The notes: a model not told the origin generated them from the letters alone. A stretch of 64,000 bases of DNA from Pseudomonadota bacterium (GCA_018668255.1 JABISZ010000054.1:7780-71779), one strand, 5' to 3'; positions 8,489-19,042 are shown, counted from the stretch's first letter. A program made the numbers and translations.

Positions 8489-9370
8489 TTAAGGTTTTTT
8501 GTTGTCTTTGGTTGTGATCAAGCTCAGGGCTAGTAGCCCACTGACTATGAGTGACATACCTAACCATTCAAAATTATCCGGTGTTTCTCCAAAATAAACA
8601 GCTGACGTAACCATAGCAATAGGGGGAGCTGCTAATGTCGAAAGGCTAGCGGTACCTGCATCCAAGTTGTTGAGTGCGTACATCCAGAGCATCGAGCCTA
8701 AAGCTGTAACGCCGACAGACACAAAACCTAGCGACAAGACAAAACGGCTTGACCACACGATTGGGTCCTCAGAGGCAAACCAAGAAACAGCTGTCAGCGG
8801 GATGCATCCGAAAGCCATTTGCCAAGCCGTCATTGACAGTAAATCCATTTTCTCTCGGCTTTGAAGTTGCTTAACCATAATGGCTCCTAAGGCCCACACT
8901 ATTCCCGCAGATACGGCTAAAAGACTACTTTTGAAGCCTCCAATTAGAACCCAAGGTTTAACGATGGCGATCAATCCAAAGGCTGCCAAAATCACGGCGC
9001 CCCACTGGGCATGCTGAACTTTTTCGTTCAGAAGTAGCCAAGCAAATACTAAGGTAAAAAACGGCATGGTATAAACCATAAAAGCTACCCGCCCCGCGCT
9101 ACCTTCAGCCACAGCCCAGGTAGAAAGGCTGAATAGCAAGGTAGTATGCACAAACCCCAAAACCATCAACTCGCGCCACCTAGTTGGCCGCAGAGAACGA
9201 CCTGTGAGAGGCAACAGTGCTAACAAGCATAATGCACTAAGACTGAGCCGCAGGGCCGTAAATTTAAATGGTGGGGCATCAATCAGGCCTACTTTAAGAA
9301 TGGTCCAACCATATCCCCATAAAATAGACATCACGAAAATTGCCGCAAGCGGCTTACCTTTTAACTGCAA
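8489..9370 (-). CDS. EamA/DMT family transporter
   Basis: About 10 TM segments; LWGYGW, PPFKFTALR, YTMPFF, LLNEK, two-repeat DMT pattern. Confidence 0.92.
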   Translation of the reverse strand: MQLKGKPLAAIFVMSILWGYGWTILKVGLIDAPPFKFTALRLSLSALCLLALLPLTGRSLRPTRWRELMVLGFVHTTLLFSLSTWAVAEGSAGRVAFMVYTMPFFTLVFAWLLLNEKVQHAQWGAVILAAFGLIAIVKPWVLIGGFKSSLLAVSAGIVWALGAIMVKQLQSREKMDLLSMTAWQMAFGCIPLTAVSWFASEDPIVWSSRFVLSLGFVSVGVTALGSMLWMYALNNLDAGTASLSTLAAPPIAMVTSAVYFGETPDNFEWLGMSLIVSGLLALSLITTKDNKKP

Positions 9371-9493
9371 CGGTACGGCCCTCGATTATCCACCAAAGCG
9401 TCATAGACGCTAGCGAATATCAGTGTAGTAGTGATCAATCAGCTCCGCATAGTACATCAAAAGGTCAATGAGTAATGTAGTTGGAAAAGTTGA

Positions 9494-10150
9494 TCACTGG
9501 CATAAAGGCCAAACTTTATACCAGCTACGACATCGCAATCGCTGCTCGCAAGCGGGTAGCTGTGTGGCAAACTTGGCCGCTACTCGTGCAACCTTGTCGG
9601 AAACTGATAACAAGCCAGGCTTCTTATGCTGATTGCCGCGCTTGTACCCTCCATGACCTTCATGATAAGCAAGATACAACTCTTTCGCGTTCCATTTAGA
9701 AATACCTAAACGTGTATGTGTGCGATGGTTGTACCATCCAATAAAATCTAGAGCATCCTCCATATCAGTCCGATTTCTAAAAAGCGCCCCTCTTTCACTT
9801 TCATATTCACTCCACACAGGGTTTTGTGCTTGGGCATAGCCTTTAGCTGAAGACCCTCGACCTATCGGTACAAATAAAAACCACTTGAACGGAGGTTTTG
9901 CATGGCTACGAAAGCTAGATTCCTGCTTCACAAAAGCCATCAGTATATGCTTTGGGGTTCCCCACTCTTTTTGCGAGTCCTGAGCATAGTCGAACCATTT
10001 CGGATACTGGTCAAAAATCCGACAGATATTCCCTTGTTCTTTAGGAGGAACGGTCGCACACGCAACCATCATCGGAAGCAATAAAAGTCCTATCAATACT
10101 TTGGTTAAATAGGTATGCAGACACGTCATAACTTCAACAACAAGATGCAT
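9494..10150 (-). CDS. Transglycosylase SLT-domain lipoprotein
   Basis: Lipobox-like VACAT, FVKQESSF catalytic-Glu motif, SSAKGYAQA, LYLAYHEG. Confidence 0.85.
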   Translation of the reverse strand: MHLVVEVMTCLHTYLTKVLIGLLLLPMMVACATVPPKEQGNICRIFDQYPKWFDYAQDSQKEWGTPKHILMAFVKQESSFRSHAKPPFKWFLFVPIGRGSSAKGYAQAQNPVWSEYESERGALFRNRTDMEDALDFIGWYNHRTHTRLGISKWNAKELYLAYHEGHGGYKRGNQHKKPGLLSVSDKVARVAAKFATQLPACEQRLRCRSWYKVWPLCQ

Positions 10151-10927
10151 TCAAAACTCCGATATTCCCGAAAATTCTACCGGTCGACCCTTCATAAAAG
10201 CGTTTACCGCTTCATTGTTCAGCGCACCACCCATCAATTTCCGATAGACCTCGATTTCTCTGTCATGGCATTCTCGTCCCAACCGATGTTTTCCTGAGGC
10301 AAGCATCAATTTCTTAGTCTCGACAAGCGATAGGATCGGGTTTTTACTAATGTTCTCAGCTACTGCCATCGCCTCGACTTGTAATTCGCTAGGCTCAGAG
10401 AGCTTCCATACGTAACCAAATTTGAGAGCCTCATCTGCGCTAATCCATCCCCCCGAGAACAATGTATATGCTGCATTTTGCCAACCCATTTGCGACACAA
10501 ACAAACCGCTGCTTCCGGCCTCTGGAGCCAATCCAAGCTGGGGAAACGGTGTCCGCAGTCTTGCATCACGTGACATAAAAACAATGTCACAATAAGCTAA
10601 CAGTGTCATCCCAATGCCAACGGCAAGCCCATTAACCGCGCCAATGAGCGGTTTACTGAAGTCAGACAAAGATCTTAAGAAATCAGGAAAGACGTGTTTC
10701 TTAACCTTTCCATCAAGAATTAACTGCATATCATAGAGATCTTGCCCAGCTGAGAACGCCGACCCCTCCCCAGTCAACACGACAACTGCCACCTCCGATG
10801 AGGCATCAGCTTGTAGTAAAGCATCTCTCACTTCGGCGAACTGCAAGTTATCAAAAGCGTTAAGCTTATCAGGACGGTTGAATGAAATTTTTCTTACTCG
10901 TCCCAAGTTCTCAATTTTCAAGCTCAT
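10151..10927 (-). CDS. Enoyl-CoA hydratase/isomerase family protein
   Basis: FNRPDKLNAF, AFSAGQDL, KPLIGAVNGLAVGIG, PEAGSS. Confidence 0.93.
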   Translation of the reverse strand: MSLKIENLGRVRKISFNRPDKLNAFDNLQFAEVRDALLQADASSEVAVVVLTGEGSAFSAGQDLYDMQLILDGKVKKHVFPDFLRSLSDFSKPLIGAVNGLAVGIGMTLLAYCDIVFMSRDARLRTPFPQLGLAPEAGSSGLFVSQMGWQNAAYTLFSGGWISADEALKFGYVWKLSEPSELQVEAMAVAENISKNPILSLVETKKLMLASGKHRLGRECHDREIEVYRKLMGGALNNEAVNAFMKGRPVEFSGISEF

Positions 10928-10942
10928 AACAGTCGTCCCTTT

Positions 10943-11830
10943 CTAATTCCTGACATCATCGAATAGATCCATGAGATCTGCATTGCCCCCGAGGTCCTCA
11001 ACCTGATCACTAGAATCTATGGCGACGAAAAGCATCTTATCTATAATCTTAGTAACTTTTCGTGTAGCGGTTCTATCAAATTTTCTGTCTGTGTGATTAT
11101 CGAACCAGTGTGCCGCCCCAGCTAAACCGACAAATTCGACCCCTCCACCCGAGCGAGATAAATTGTCAGCTTTAGCCTCACATTCAGATGCACTGGTGAT
11201 GCGATCTTTCAAACCATGGAAAATTATCGCCTCCGTCGAATTAGGGAAACCTTTATTTGCGGATATACTCCCCGCACCACAGTAGGGGTAAAATAGGAAA
11301 GCTGCTTTAAAGTTATCCTCTTTTAAACTGACGTTAACTGTTAGATTCGGAGGTCGGTCACCAGATGCCACCATGGATAAAAAATCAGAAGCGCTCCAGC
11401 CACCATGAGACCAACCCATAAGGATAGTTTTTGTCTCATCAATGTCCGACCGAGCCCAAATACTCGGTAAAATAGCCATTAAATCGCCAGCACGCTCGCT
11501 CCCTTGCATCAACGTACCGGCACAAACCTCATTCAGCATCTTTCGTCTATCTCGAATTCTACGAACGGCAAAGCTATCTACGTGAAGAACTGCAAAACCC
11601 TTTTTACGCAGTCGCTTTTTCCACACACTTTGATGTGGGTGCCAGCTCATACAACCTGGCAACAGGATAGCTAACGGATGCGGACCAGCACCTCTGGGCA
11701 TCTTCAGCTCAGAAAAAGGGGCCACAACTTGCGAGTATGCGACTGGATCCTCTCGCCCATGGACGCTCGAGGCAAAGGCTAGGAAGACAAATCCCAACAG
11801 GAAAAATTTATTAAAAGAGTTAACACACAT
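10943..11830 (-). CDS. Exported dienelactone hydrolase-family alpha/beta hydrolase
   Basis: Signal peptide, GWSHGG nucleophile elbow, FYPYC, HGLKD, AAHWFD. Confidence 0.85.
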   Translation of the reverse strand: MCVNSFNKFFLLGFVFLAFASSVHGREDPVAYSQVVAPFSELKMPRGAGPHPLAILLPGCMSWHPHQSVWKKRLRKKGFAVLHVDSFAVRRIRDRRKMLNEVCAGTLMQGSERAGDLMAILPSIWARSDIDETKTILMGWSHGGWSASDFLSMVASGDRPPNLTVNVSLKEDNFKAAFLFYPYCGAGSISANKGFPNSTEAIIFHGLKDRITSASECEAKADNLSRSGGGVEFVGLAGAAHWFDNHTDRKFDRTATRKVTKIIDKMLFVAIDSSDQVEDLGGNADLMDLFDDVRN

Positions 11831-11952
11831 TTAAGTCGGAACTCCAGGTAGATCGATCAACAATTTACTCATGTTCACAGGTTAGCATAGTATAGTCATA
11901 TCATTTTCAAGGACGCACAGTTAAAGCGTCCAAATTTTAAGAGCATCTGTTT

Positions 11953-12609
11953 ATGTCGAACACAGCTAACTGGTATTTTGATTTCATTTCACCTTATGCT
12001 TATTTCCAGTTCAAGCATTTTCATCGTCTGCCTTCCTCACTAAATGTCACTCTGCGCCCCATCTTGTTCGCGGGTCTTTTAGGTCACTGGAAAACAAAAG
12101 GACCGGCAGAAGTACCAGCAAAGCGAATTCAAACGTACCAGTACTGTGATTGGTATTCAAAGCGCATAGGACTTCCTTTTAAAACGCCACCAGCACACCC
12201 TTTTAACCCATTAAAGATATTAAGGCTGGCAATTGCGCTAAATTGTTCAATGAAAGCTGTTGGCGCAATATTTGATTACGTCTGGGGACAAGGAGGCGAC
12301 ACACACTCTGAAGAAGGCTTTAAATCACTGTGTGATAAAATGGCACTCAAGGACGTCCCTGCTCTAATAGGCTCCAAAGACGTCAAAATCAAATTGCGTG
12401 AAAATACCGCACAAGCTATAAAGGCAGGAGTTTACGGAGTCCCCACATTTCATTACGAAGGAGATCTATTTTGGGGATTCGATGCCACCGAAATGTTTCT
12501 TGAACGAATCAAGGACCCATCCTTACTCACTCAGCCTGAAATGATTCGGCTTGCCGATCTCCCGGCAGCAAAAGAACGAAAAAACATAGCTGTAAAACTG
12601 GAAAGTTAA
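11953..12609 (+). CDS. 2-hydroxychromene-2-carboxylate isomerase / GST-kappa (DSBA family)
   Basis: YFDFISPYAY, GPAEVPAKR, HPFNP, GVYGVPTF, FWGFD. Confidence 0.92.
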   Translation: MSNTANWYFDFISPYAYFQFKHFHRLPSSLNVTLRPILFAGLLGHWKTKGPAEVPAKRIQTYQYCDWYSKRIGLPFKTPPAHPFNPLKILRLAIALNCSMKAVGAIFDYVWGQGGDTHSEEGFKSLCDKMALKDVPALIGSKDVKIKLRENTAQAIKAGVYGVPTFHYEGDLFWGFDATEMFLERIKDPSLLTQPEMIRLADLPAAKERKNIAVKLES

Positions 12610-13029
12610 TTGGTAAAGCGAATGACAAGATTACAGCGAGAAATGTTTCTTGAGAAACCTTATCTTGCTGTCGTAGGTATTGAAGAGCCGGGCTTATCAC
12701 CCAGAGTCGTTCCCCTCTGGTATAACTATAAGCCCTCAACCGGATTCAGTATCATTGTTAAAAAGAAATCTAAGAAACTTCTACTACTCCGAGCAGCAAA
12801 ACGATTCTCTCTTTGTATTCAGGAACAACAACCTCCCTATAAACATGTAAGCGCACAAGGACCTATCATTGAGATGCGCGACTGCGTCGACCACATTGAC
12901 TTGCTGGCTGTAGCCACCAAGTATTTAGGTGTCGAAGAAGCACAAAAATTTCTTCAAGACCGAGTACCCTCTGACTCGCTAATTCTAATTATGGATCCCA
13001 AAAAATGGGTCACGGCCGATTACTCATGA
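12610..13029 (+). CDS. Pyridoxamine 5'-phosphate oxidase-like split-barrel protein (FMN/F420-binding class)
   Basis: FLEKPYLAVV, PRVVPLWY.Y, RFSLCIQ..PPYKHVS.QG, W.TADY; start may be ATG 12622. Confidence 0.82.
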   Translation: MVKRMTRLQREMFLEKPYLAVVGIEEPGLSPRVVPLWYNYKPSTGFSIIVKKKSKKLLLLRAAKRFSLCIQEQQPPYKHVSAQGPIIEMRDCVDHIDLLAVATKYLGVEEAQKFLQDRVPSDSLILIMDPKKWVTADYS

Positions 13030-13156
13030 TTCTGTAACCTCATTAAATCTTCACATATCATTCACGTCTTTCGTGATAGCTTTACGGCGTAAAAACTGAT
13101 AGCCAGGGGAGGTGTGTTATCGAATAGAAAAACTAAAAAACAGAATAGGAGCTATT

Positions 13157-14539
13157 ATGGAAAGGCTTAAAATAAGCACTTTTTTGCTTTTTGTCCTGAC
13201 ACTTTTTGCGTCAATGACACTAAGCGCGTTTACTGCTGAAGATCACATTTCTTGGATAAAAACCAACCAAACAGCTGCCCCTCAATTTGTGGATGGGGAC
13301 GTTATCACATTCGATAAAGCCGATCTCATCCGACCTTTTATCCCAGCTGAACAGCAGGAAGAGCTGATTTTCCCTGGAATGGAAATGGTAATTAAAGATG
13401 CTGGAGATCTCAGTCCGGCAGATGCATTCAAAGTCGCAACGAAAAAACACTATGGCAGTGCAACAATAGCCGCCAATGGCGCTATTGAAAACTACCAAGC
13501 GGGTCGCCCGTTTGACCCTACAAAGTTCAAAGCAGGCAGCAAAGAAGACGGCTGGAAAATGGCTTGGAACTGGACATTTCGCTGGAATAACGATGGCTTG
13601 AAAATCAATGACGTGCATTGGGTTTGGGTGCGCAGAGGCGGCGAACATGCGAAACACGAAGTCATGTCTACAAGCAAAGGGAAATATGCTAAATTTTATG
13701 AAGGTGGCGGCACGTTCGAGCGTGTACTAGCTGGCCCTTACCAACGTGTCATCATGTCTCATAGAGCAGACTTACCAGAGTCTGACTATAGAATGAATGC
13801 AGGGAAAGGCTTCGCTAAAAACACTAATTTCCGAGAATACACTGGTTTTAACTCACCGTTTGATATCGCAGGAACCGCTTTCCTGATCTTACGATACGAT
13901 GATGTGAATAAAGCTGATGACTCTTGGGCTTATATCCCAAGTCTAAGACGTGTTCGTCGCATCTCAGTTGAAGTGAAATCAGACTCTCTGTTAGGCACAG
14001 ACCATACTCTAGAAGACTTTTACGGATTTAATGGCCGACCAATGGAGCATACTTGGGAGTACGTCGGCGAAGCGAATTTGCTCGCTGTTGTGCGATCACG
14101 TCACACGGATACCGTCTTTTATGGTCCAAACGGATGGGCGCCTAAAGACGACTGGGCCCTGAGAAAGGTCGACATATTGAGAATGTACCCTGGACGCTCT
14201 AATCATCCATATTCGACAAAATTTATCTATATGGGTAGACAATCAGGTGAAGCATTCTATGCTAATGCCTTCGATAAAGCGGGTGAACTGTGGAAGATTT
14301 GGCAAATTCAAAAATCTTGGACAGAAGATCCTCAATATGCAGAGCATCAGAGCAAAGTCTTTAAAGGTGACGCGACAAACCCTGGAACACGAGTTCTTAG
14401 TTTCCAAAGTATCAACGTTATCGATAAACAAAACAATCGAGGTACATTAGTACCCTGTCGTGGAGTAAGCTTCCCGGACACCACTATCAAAAAAGTTAAA
14501 CGTACACATGACGTTAACTATTTGACAGAAGGTCGATAG
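13157..14539 (+). CDS. DUF1329 exported protein (LolA-like fold family)
   Basis: Signal peptide after TAGGAG RBS; DDSWAYIPSLRRVRRIS, HPYSTK, FDKAGELWK motifs. Confidence 0.88.
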   Translation: MERLKISTFLLFVLTLFASMTLSAFTAEDHISWIKTNQTAAPQFVDGDVITFDKADLIRPFIPAEQQEELIFPGMEMVIKDAGDLSPADAFKVATKKHYGSATIAANGAIENYQAGRPFDPTKFKAGSKEDGWKMAWNWTFRWNNDGLKINDVHWVWVRRGGEHAKHEVMSTSKGKYAKFYEGGGTFERVLAGPYQRVIMSHRADLPESDYRMNAGKGFAKNTNFREYTGFNSPFDIAGTAFLILRYDDVNKADDSWAYIPSLRRVRRISVEVKSDSLLGTDHTLEDFYGFNGRPMEHTWEYVGEANLLAVVRSRHTDTVFYGPNGWAPKDDWALRKVDILRMYPGRSNHPYSTKFIYMGRQSGEAFYANAFDKAGELWKIWQIQKSWTEDPQYAEHQSKVFKGDATNPGTRVLSFQSINVIDKQNNRGTLVPCRGVSFPDTTIKKVKRTHDVNYLTEGR

Positions 14540-14549
14540 TAAAAAAGCT

Positions 14550-14579
14550 AAAGTGCTCGGCGTTGCCGAGCACTTTTTT
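14550..14579 (+). terminator. Rho-independent terminator
   Basis: AAAGTGCTCGGC-GTT-GCCGAGCACTTT followed by a T run. Confidence 0.9.
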
Positions 14580-14755
14580 CACTTGCTCTAAAAGTCGTGG
14601 ATTTTTCATCTCATAATCCCCATAAAACATATCACCTTCTAGTTTAGACACAACACTATATTAGGCCTATCTAAAGCTTCCAAAAATAATCCCGAAACAA
14701 GAAGATTCGAGCTAATATGATCACCTTTATGAAAAATCAGAGGAAGTAGCAGCTA

Positions 14756-16108
14756 ATGAAAAAAGTTTATCAAAATGCAAACGAGGCTCTAGCTGGCCTA
14801 CTTAGTGATGGGATGACTGTAGCTTCAGGAGGCTTTGGTCTTTGTGGTATCCCAGAGAACTCCATCGAGACGCTCGCCAACTCGGAAGTTAAAGAGCTGA
14901 CGATAGTAGGGAACAACGCAGGCGTGGATGACTTTGGAATGGGGTTGTTACTGGCGACTCATCAAGTTAAAAAAGTCGTGGCTTCTTACGTGGGAGAAAA
15001 TAAAGAATTTGAACGACAAGTCTTGGCAAAAGAGATCCAGCTTGAGCTAAATCCTCAGGGCACATTAGCAGAGAGGATTCGCGCGGGTGGTGCAGGAATA
15101 CCCGCGTTTTATACTAAAACTGCTTTTGGAACTGAATTGGCAAAAGAAAAAGAAACTAAAGAATTTGATAACGAAAACTACGTTCTTGAAACAGCAATTA
15201 AAGCAGATCTCTCATTAGTTAAAGCATGGAAAGGCGACCATGAGGGAAACCTTGTTTTCCGTAAAACAGCGCGAAACTTTAACCCTATGATTGCTACATG
15301 CGGGAAAATCTGTATTGCCGAAGTGGAAGAACTCGTTGAAGTAGGAGAGTTAGATCCTGATCAGATACACACTCCAGGTATATATGTAGATCGAATATTT
15401 GAAGGCACTAACTACGTTAAACGAATTGAATTCCCGACCACCTCGGCTCATGCCGGCGGGTCAGGGTCGCCGACTAGAGAATTGATGGCTAGAAGAGCGG
15501 CAAAAGAACTGCACGATGGCTTCTATGTGAATTTAGGTATCGGTATACCGACACTTGTCGCCAACTTCATCGCGGATAACATAAAGGTAACGCTCCAGTC
15601 GGAAAATGGTCTTCTCGGAATAGGCCCTTTCCCGGGTGCAAACGAAATAGACGCTGACCTAGTCAATGCGGGGAAACAAACAATAACCTCCATCCCTGGT
15701 TCAAGTTTTTTTTCTAGCGCTGACTCCTTTGCAATGATCAGAGGTGGACATATAGATATCTCAATACTTGGAGGCTTAGAAGTAGCTGCAAACGGCGACT
15801 TAGCCAACTTCATGGTCCCTGGGAAAATGATCAAAGGCCCTGGTGGCGCGATGGATCTTGTTTCAGGTGTGAAACGGGTAGTTGTTTTACTTGAGCATAC
15901 GGCTAAAGACGGGAGTCCGAAAATCCTAGATCAGTGCGCTTTGCCTGTTACAGGAAAAAACGTTGTTGACCTGATAATAACGGAACTCTGCGTTTTTGAG
16001 GTGTTGCCTGATAATCAAGGACTTCTCCTTGTAGAGTTACAACCTGGAGTCCAACTCGAGGAAGTCATACAAAAAACTGGCTGCAACTTTAAAACTACGT
16101 CAGACTAG
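14756..16108 (+). CDS. Succinyl-CoA:3-oxoacid CoA-transferase, fused A+B subunits
   Basis: GGFGLCGIPE and QGTLAERIRAGG (A subunit), then NLGIGIPT, SENG and GGAMDLV (B subunit) in one ORF. Confidence 0.93.
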   Translation: MKKVYQNANEALAGLLSDGMTVASGGFGLCGIPENSIETLANSEVKELTIVGNNAGVDDFGMGLLLATHQVKKVVASYVGENKEFERQVLAKEIQLELNPQGTLAERIRAGGAGIPAFYTKTAFGTELAKEKETKEFDNENYVLETAIKADLSLVKAWKGDHEGNLVFRKTARNFNPMIATCGKICIAEVEELVEVGELDPDQIHTPGIYVDRIFEGTNYVKRIEFPTTSAHAGGSGSPTRELMARRAAKELHDGFYVNLGIGIPTLVANFIADNIKVTLQSENGLLGIGPFPGANEIDADLVNAGKQTITSIPGSSFFSSADSFAMIRGGHIDISILGGLEVAANGDLANFMVPGKMIKGPGGAMDLVSGVKRVVVLLEHTAKDGSPKILDQCALPVTGKNVVDLIITELCVFEVLPDNQGLLLVELQPGVQLEEVIQKTGCNFKTTSD

Positions 16109-16188
16109 AGCTCATGACGCCCTGATCACAACGGTAATGGCTAAATATGGCTGCCGTTAAAAAGACTGCGTAAAAAGGAGCGAAAGAA

Positions 16189-16485
16189 ATGGGAACAAAC
16201 GCTGATGATCTACAATTAATCGAGGAATTCAAAAAGAATCCTATTGGCCATCACAGCCCCGATTTACAACGATTATTAAACCGCCTCCGGTCCGTTCCGA
16301 TGGAAAACAAATATTGTCTCGTTGTAATTAAACCGAATCGAGAGTGGCAGCTTGCAAAAACCACTGGGAAACCTGGGGTCGCTGTAAAACTACTACAGAA
16401 AAAATTCACCAGTCAACCCGAAGCCGAATGGTATGTTTTTCGAAAACGCTGGAAAAACCTCACCGGCGAAACATTAAAACCATAG
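16189..16485 (+). CDS. dmfA1: N,N-dimethylformamidase alpha (small) subunit-like, copy 1
   Basis: LIEEFKKNPIGHHSPDLQRLLNRLR...EAEWYVFRKRW; immediately upstream of a DMFase beta gene. Confidence 0.8.
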   Translation: MGTNADDLQLIEEFKKNPIGHHSPDLQRLLNRLRSVPMENKYCLVVIKPNREWQLAKTTGKPGVAVKLLQKKFTSQPEAEWYVFRKRWKNLTGETLKP

Positions 16486-16570
16486 CCATATATTGTCTCT
16501 ATGAAGAAAGCACGTTCATTACCTACATGCCTAAGGTGCTTAAATTGAAGAAGGGGAGTGTTTCAAACTC

Positions 16571-18832
16571 ATGAAAATTACAGCCTATGCAGATAAAACA
16601 AGTGTCGCACCTGATGAAACTATTAACTTCATGGTCAACTGTAATGCTAAGCAGTTTAAAGCAGACTTTGTAAAGTTAATTTGCGGAGACATGAATCCCG
16701 ACGGACCTGGCTATCAAGAAAAAGTCATCAGAACTAAAGCAACTGGCACCTACCCGGGCAGAAAGCAGACTATCTATGCCGGTTCATTTGTTCAAATCCA
16801 AGACAACGAAAAATTTAATCACCTTGAAAGCTTTACTTTGAAGGCGTTCATATGGCCAACCACCCCAAATAAAGGGCACCAAACCATTATTGGCAACTGG
16901 TCAGAAAAAGATCAAAACGGTATGTCACTGGACATAAGTCCGAATAACAATGGCCTGATGTTAACAATAGGTTCAGGGCCTGATAAAGTTCAGTATGTCG
17001 TCTCTGGGAAACCATTTTTAGAAAGAGAGTGGTATTTTGTAGCGGCGACCTACAATGCAGACACCAAGCGAATTACTCTGATTCAAGAGCCTTTGCATAC
17101 GCACGCAAAAACACGCGATCGAAGTATTAAAAATGGAAAATCCAAATTCATCACACCACCAAAATCAAATCGTCGGATCACTATTGGCGCCCAATTTAAA
17201 AGAACAGACAAAGGTCGTACGGTCTGCCAAAACTACTTCAATGGTAAAATTGACAGTCCTCTTATAGCCGCAAGAGCGCTAACAGCCAACCAAATAGAAC
17301 AACTCAAAACGGGTTACGATAAAATTAGAATGTCCAATGACGTCGTTGCCGCATGGGACTTCTCAACCGACATCTCTTCGTTAAAAATTTCTGATGTTTC
17401 TGGAAACAATATCCATGGGAAAGTTGTCAATATGCCAGTAAAGGCTATGACTGGCTGGAACTGGGATGGGGAAGAAATGAACTGGAAGCATGCGCCGAAA
17501 CAATATGGTGCGATTCACTTTCACGATGATGATGTTCACGATGCGGGCTGGGAAATAGACGTCTCATTAAGGGTTCCAAAAACTCTGAAAAGTGGTCTTT
17601 ATGCCATCCGGCTCCGCGCCGGTAAAGATCTGACAGATGAAGACTACGTGCCGTTTGCTGTTCTTCCCCCAAGAGGGAAGGTGACGGCTGATATCTGCTT
17701 CATCTTGCCCACCGCGACCTACATGGCATATGCCAATGAACACATGGGAACCGACTCTCCCATAGCACAGTTACTTGGTGGTCGTCTTGTCGAACACGAA
17801 AGACAGGATCTCTATCGTAATGAGCACAGAGAATATGGGGCTAGTTGCTATGATACTCATACCGACGGCTCGGGGGTCTGCTACTCATCGCGACTTCGAC
17901 CAATATTAAATATGCGACCAAAATATAAGAGCTGGCTGGGTGGAGAAGGCTCTACACTATGGCAATTTAACGCAGACACTCATATTACTAACTGGCTTGA
18001 AGCTCAAGGCTATAATTACGATGTTATTACTGATGAAGAACTTCATCACGACGGAGTCTCCGCCTTAGAAAAATATCGAGTAGTCCTGTCGTCCTCTCAC
18101 CCTGAGTATCATTCGAAAGAAATGTGGGATGCCATGTCGACCTATCAAAAGGGCGGAGGTCGCTTAATGTATCTCGGTGCGAACGGATGGTACTGGCGTA
18201 TTGCCTTTCATCAAGAAGCCGAAGGTGTCTTAGAAGTCCGGCGGGCAGAAGGGGGCATACGCGGCTGGGAGGCACAAACAGGAGAATATTACCACTCCTT
18301 TACCGGAGAATACGGCGGACTATGGCGACGAAATGGGAGAGCACCTCAAAAAATTGTTGGTACGGGATTCACTGCACAAGGGTTTGATATCTCGTCTTAC
18401 TACAAAAGGAACCCTGACAGTTTCAAAAAACCAGTCAAATGGATAATGAATGGCGTCAAGGATGACGAGCTAATCGGTAACTTTGGACTTATTGGTGGAG
18501 GTGCTGCGGGACTTGAACTCGATCGTGCTGATACAAAACTGGGGACACACCCCGATGCATATGTACTCGCATCTTCCGAAGATCACACTGATCTATACCT
18601 AGTCGTTTGTGAGGAACTCTTGATTAATTACCCCGGCCTAGGAGGACAAGAAAACCGTCTCGTTAGAGCAGATCTTGTATTCTACGAAACAGATCAAGGT
18701 GGAGGCGTGTTTTCAACGAGTTCAATCGCATGGCCTGGGTCGCTTTCACATAATAATTATGACAACAACGTGTCAAAAATCACTAAAAATGTGCTTGATC
18801 GCTTTGTCGGAGAAGACCCTCTACTAGACTAA
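16571..18832 (+). CDS. dmfA2: N,N-dimethylformamidase beta (large) subunit-like, copy 1
   Basis: LamG-like N-terminal region, YGAIHFHDDD, TYMAYANE, CYDTHTDGSGV, RPILNMRP, HPEY, GLELD. Confidence 0.92.
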   Translation: MKITAYADKTSVAPDETINFMVNCNAKQFKADFVKLICGDMNPDGPGYQEKVIRTKATGTYPGRKQTIYAGSFVQIQDNEKFNHLESFTLKAFIWPTTPNKGHQTIIGNWSEKDQNGMSLDISPNNNGLMLTIGSGPDKVQYVVSGKPFLEREWYFVAATYNADTKRITLIQEPLHTHAKTRDRSIKNGKSKFITPPKSNRRITIGAQFKRTDKGRTVCQNYFNGKIDSPLIAARALTANQIEQLKTGYDKIRMSNDVVAAWDFSTDISSLKISDVSGNNIHGKVVNMPVKAMTGWNWDGEEMNWKHAPKQYGAIHFHDDDVHDAGWEIDVSLRVPKTLKSGLYAIRLRAGKDLTDEDYVPFAVLPPRGKVTADICFILPTATYMAYANEHMGTDSPIAQLLGGRLVEHERQDLYRNEHREYGASCYDTHTDGSGVCYSSRLRPILNMRPKYKSWLGGEGSTLWQFNADTHITNWLEAQGYNYDVITDEELHHDGVSALEKYRVVLSSSHPEYHSKEMWDAMSTYQKGGGRLMYLGANGWYWRIAFHQEAEGVLEVRRAEGGIRGWEAQTGEYYHSFTGEYGGLWRRNGRAPQKIVGTGFTAQGFDISSYYKRNPDSFKKPVKWIMNGVKDDELIGNFGLIGGGAAGLELDRADTKLGTHPDAYVLASSEDHTDLYLVVCEELLINYPGLGGQENRLVRADLVFYETDQGGGVFSTSSIAWPGSLSHNNYDNNVSKITKNVLDRFVGEDPLLD

Positions 18833-18865
18833 AGGTCTAGCAAAGACCTCTGAAAGTTACTTTTC

Positions 18866-18926
18866 TTTTTTAGAAAAACACTTGTTCTAAAAAACATATT
18901 GCGCTGCGAGATACTAGCACTATAAT
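18866..18926 (+). promoter_or_regulatory. Operator-like box plus sigma70 promoter of sRNA-1
   Basis: 10-bp inverted repeat TTTTTTAGAA / TTCTAAAAAA (18866-18894); TTGCGC-16 nt-TATAAT (18899-18926). Confidence 0.7.
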
Positions 18927-18931
18927 TCTTG

Positions 18932-19016
18932 CTCCTTCTTGGTATTTCGACCTCCCCTCGACTCCAAGTTGGAACCTCCCAAAAAGAAGTCGGGCCTCCT
19001 TGGTCCGACTTCTTTT
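18932..19016 (+). ncRNA. Candidate small RNA 1 with C-rich anti-SD loops
   Basis: Hairpin CTTGG..TCGA-CCTCCCC-TCGA..CCAAG, single-stranded ACCTCCC, terminator AAGAAGTCGGGC-CTCCTTG-GTCCGACTTCTTTT. Confidence 0.7.
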
Positions 19017-19042
19017 ACTTCACAAAACGTTTATTCCAAAAC

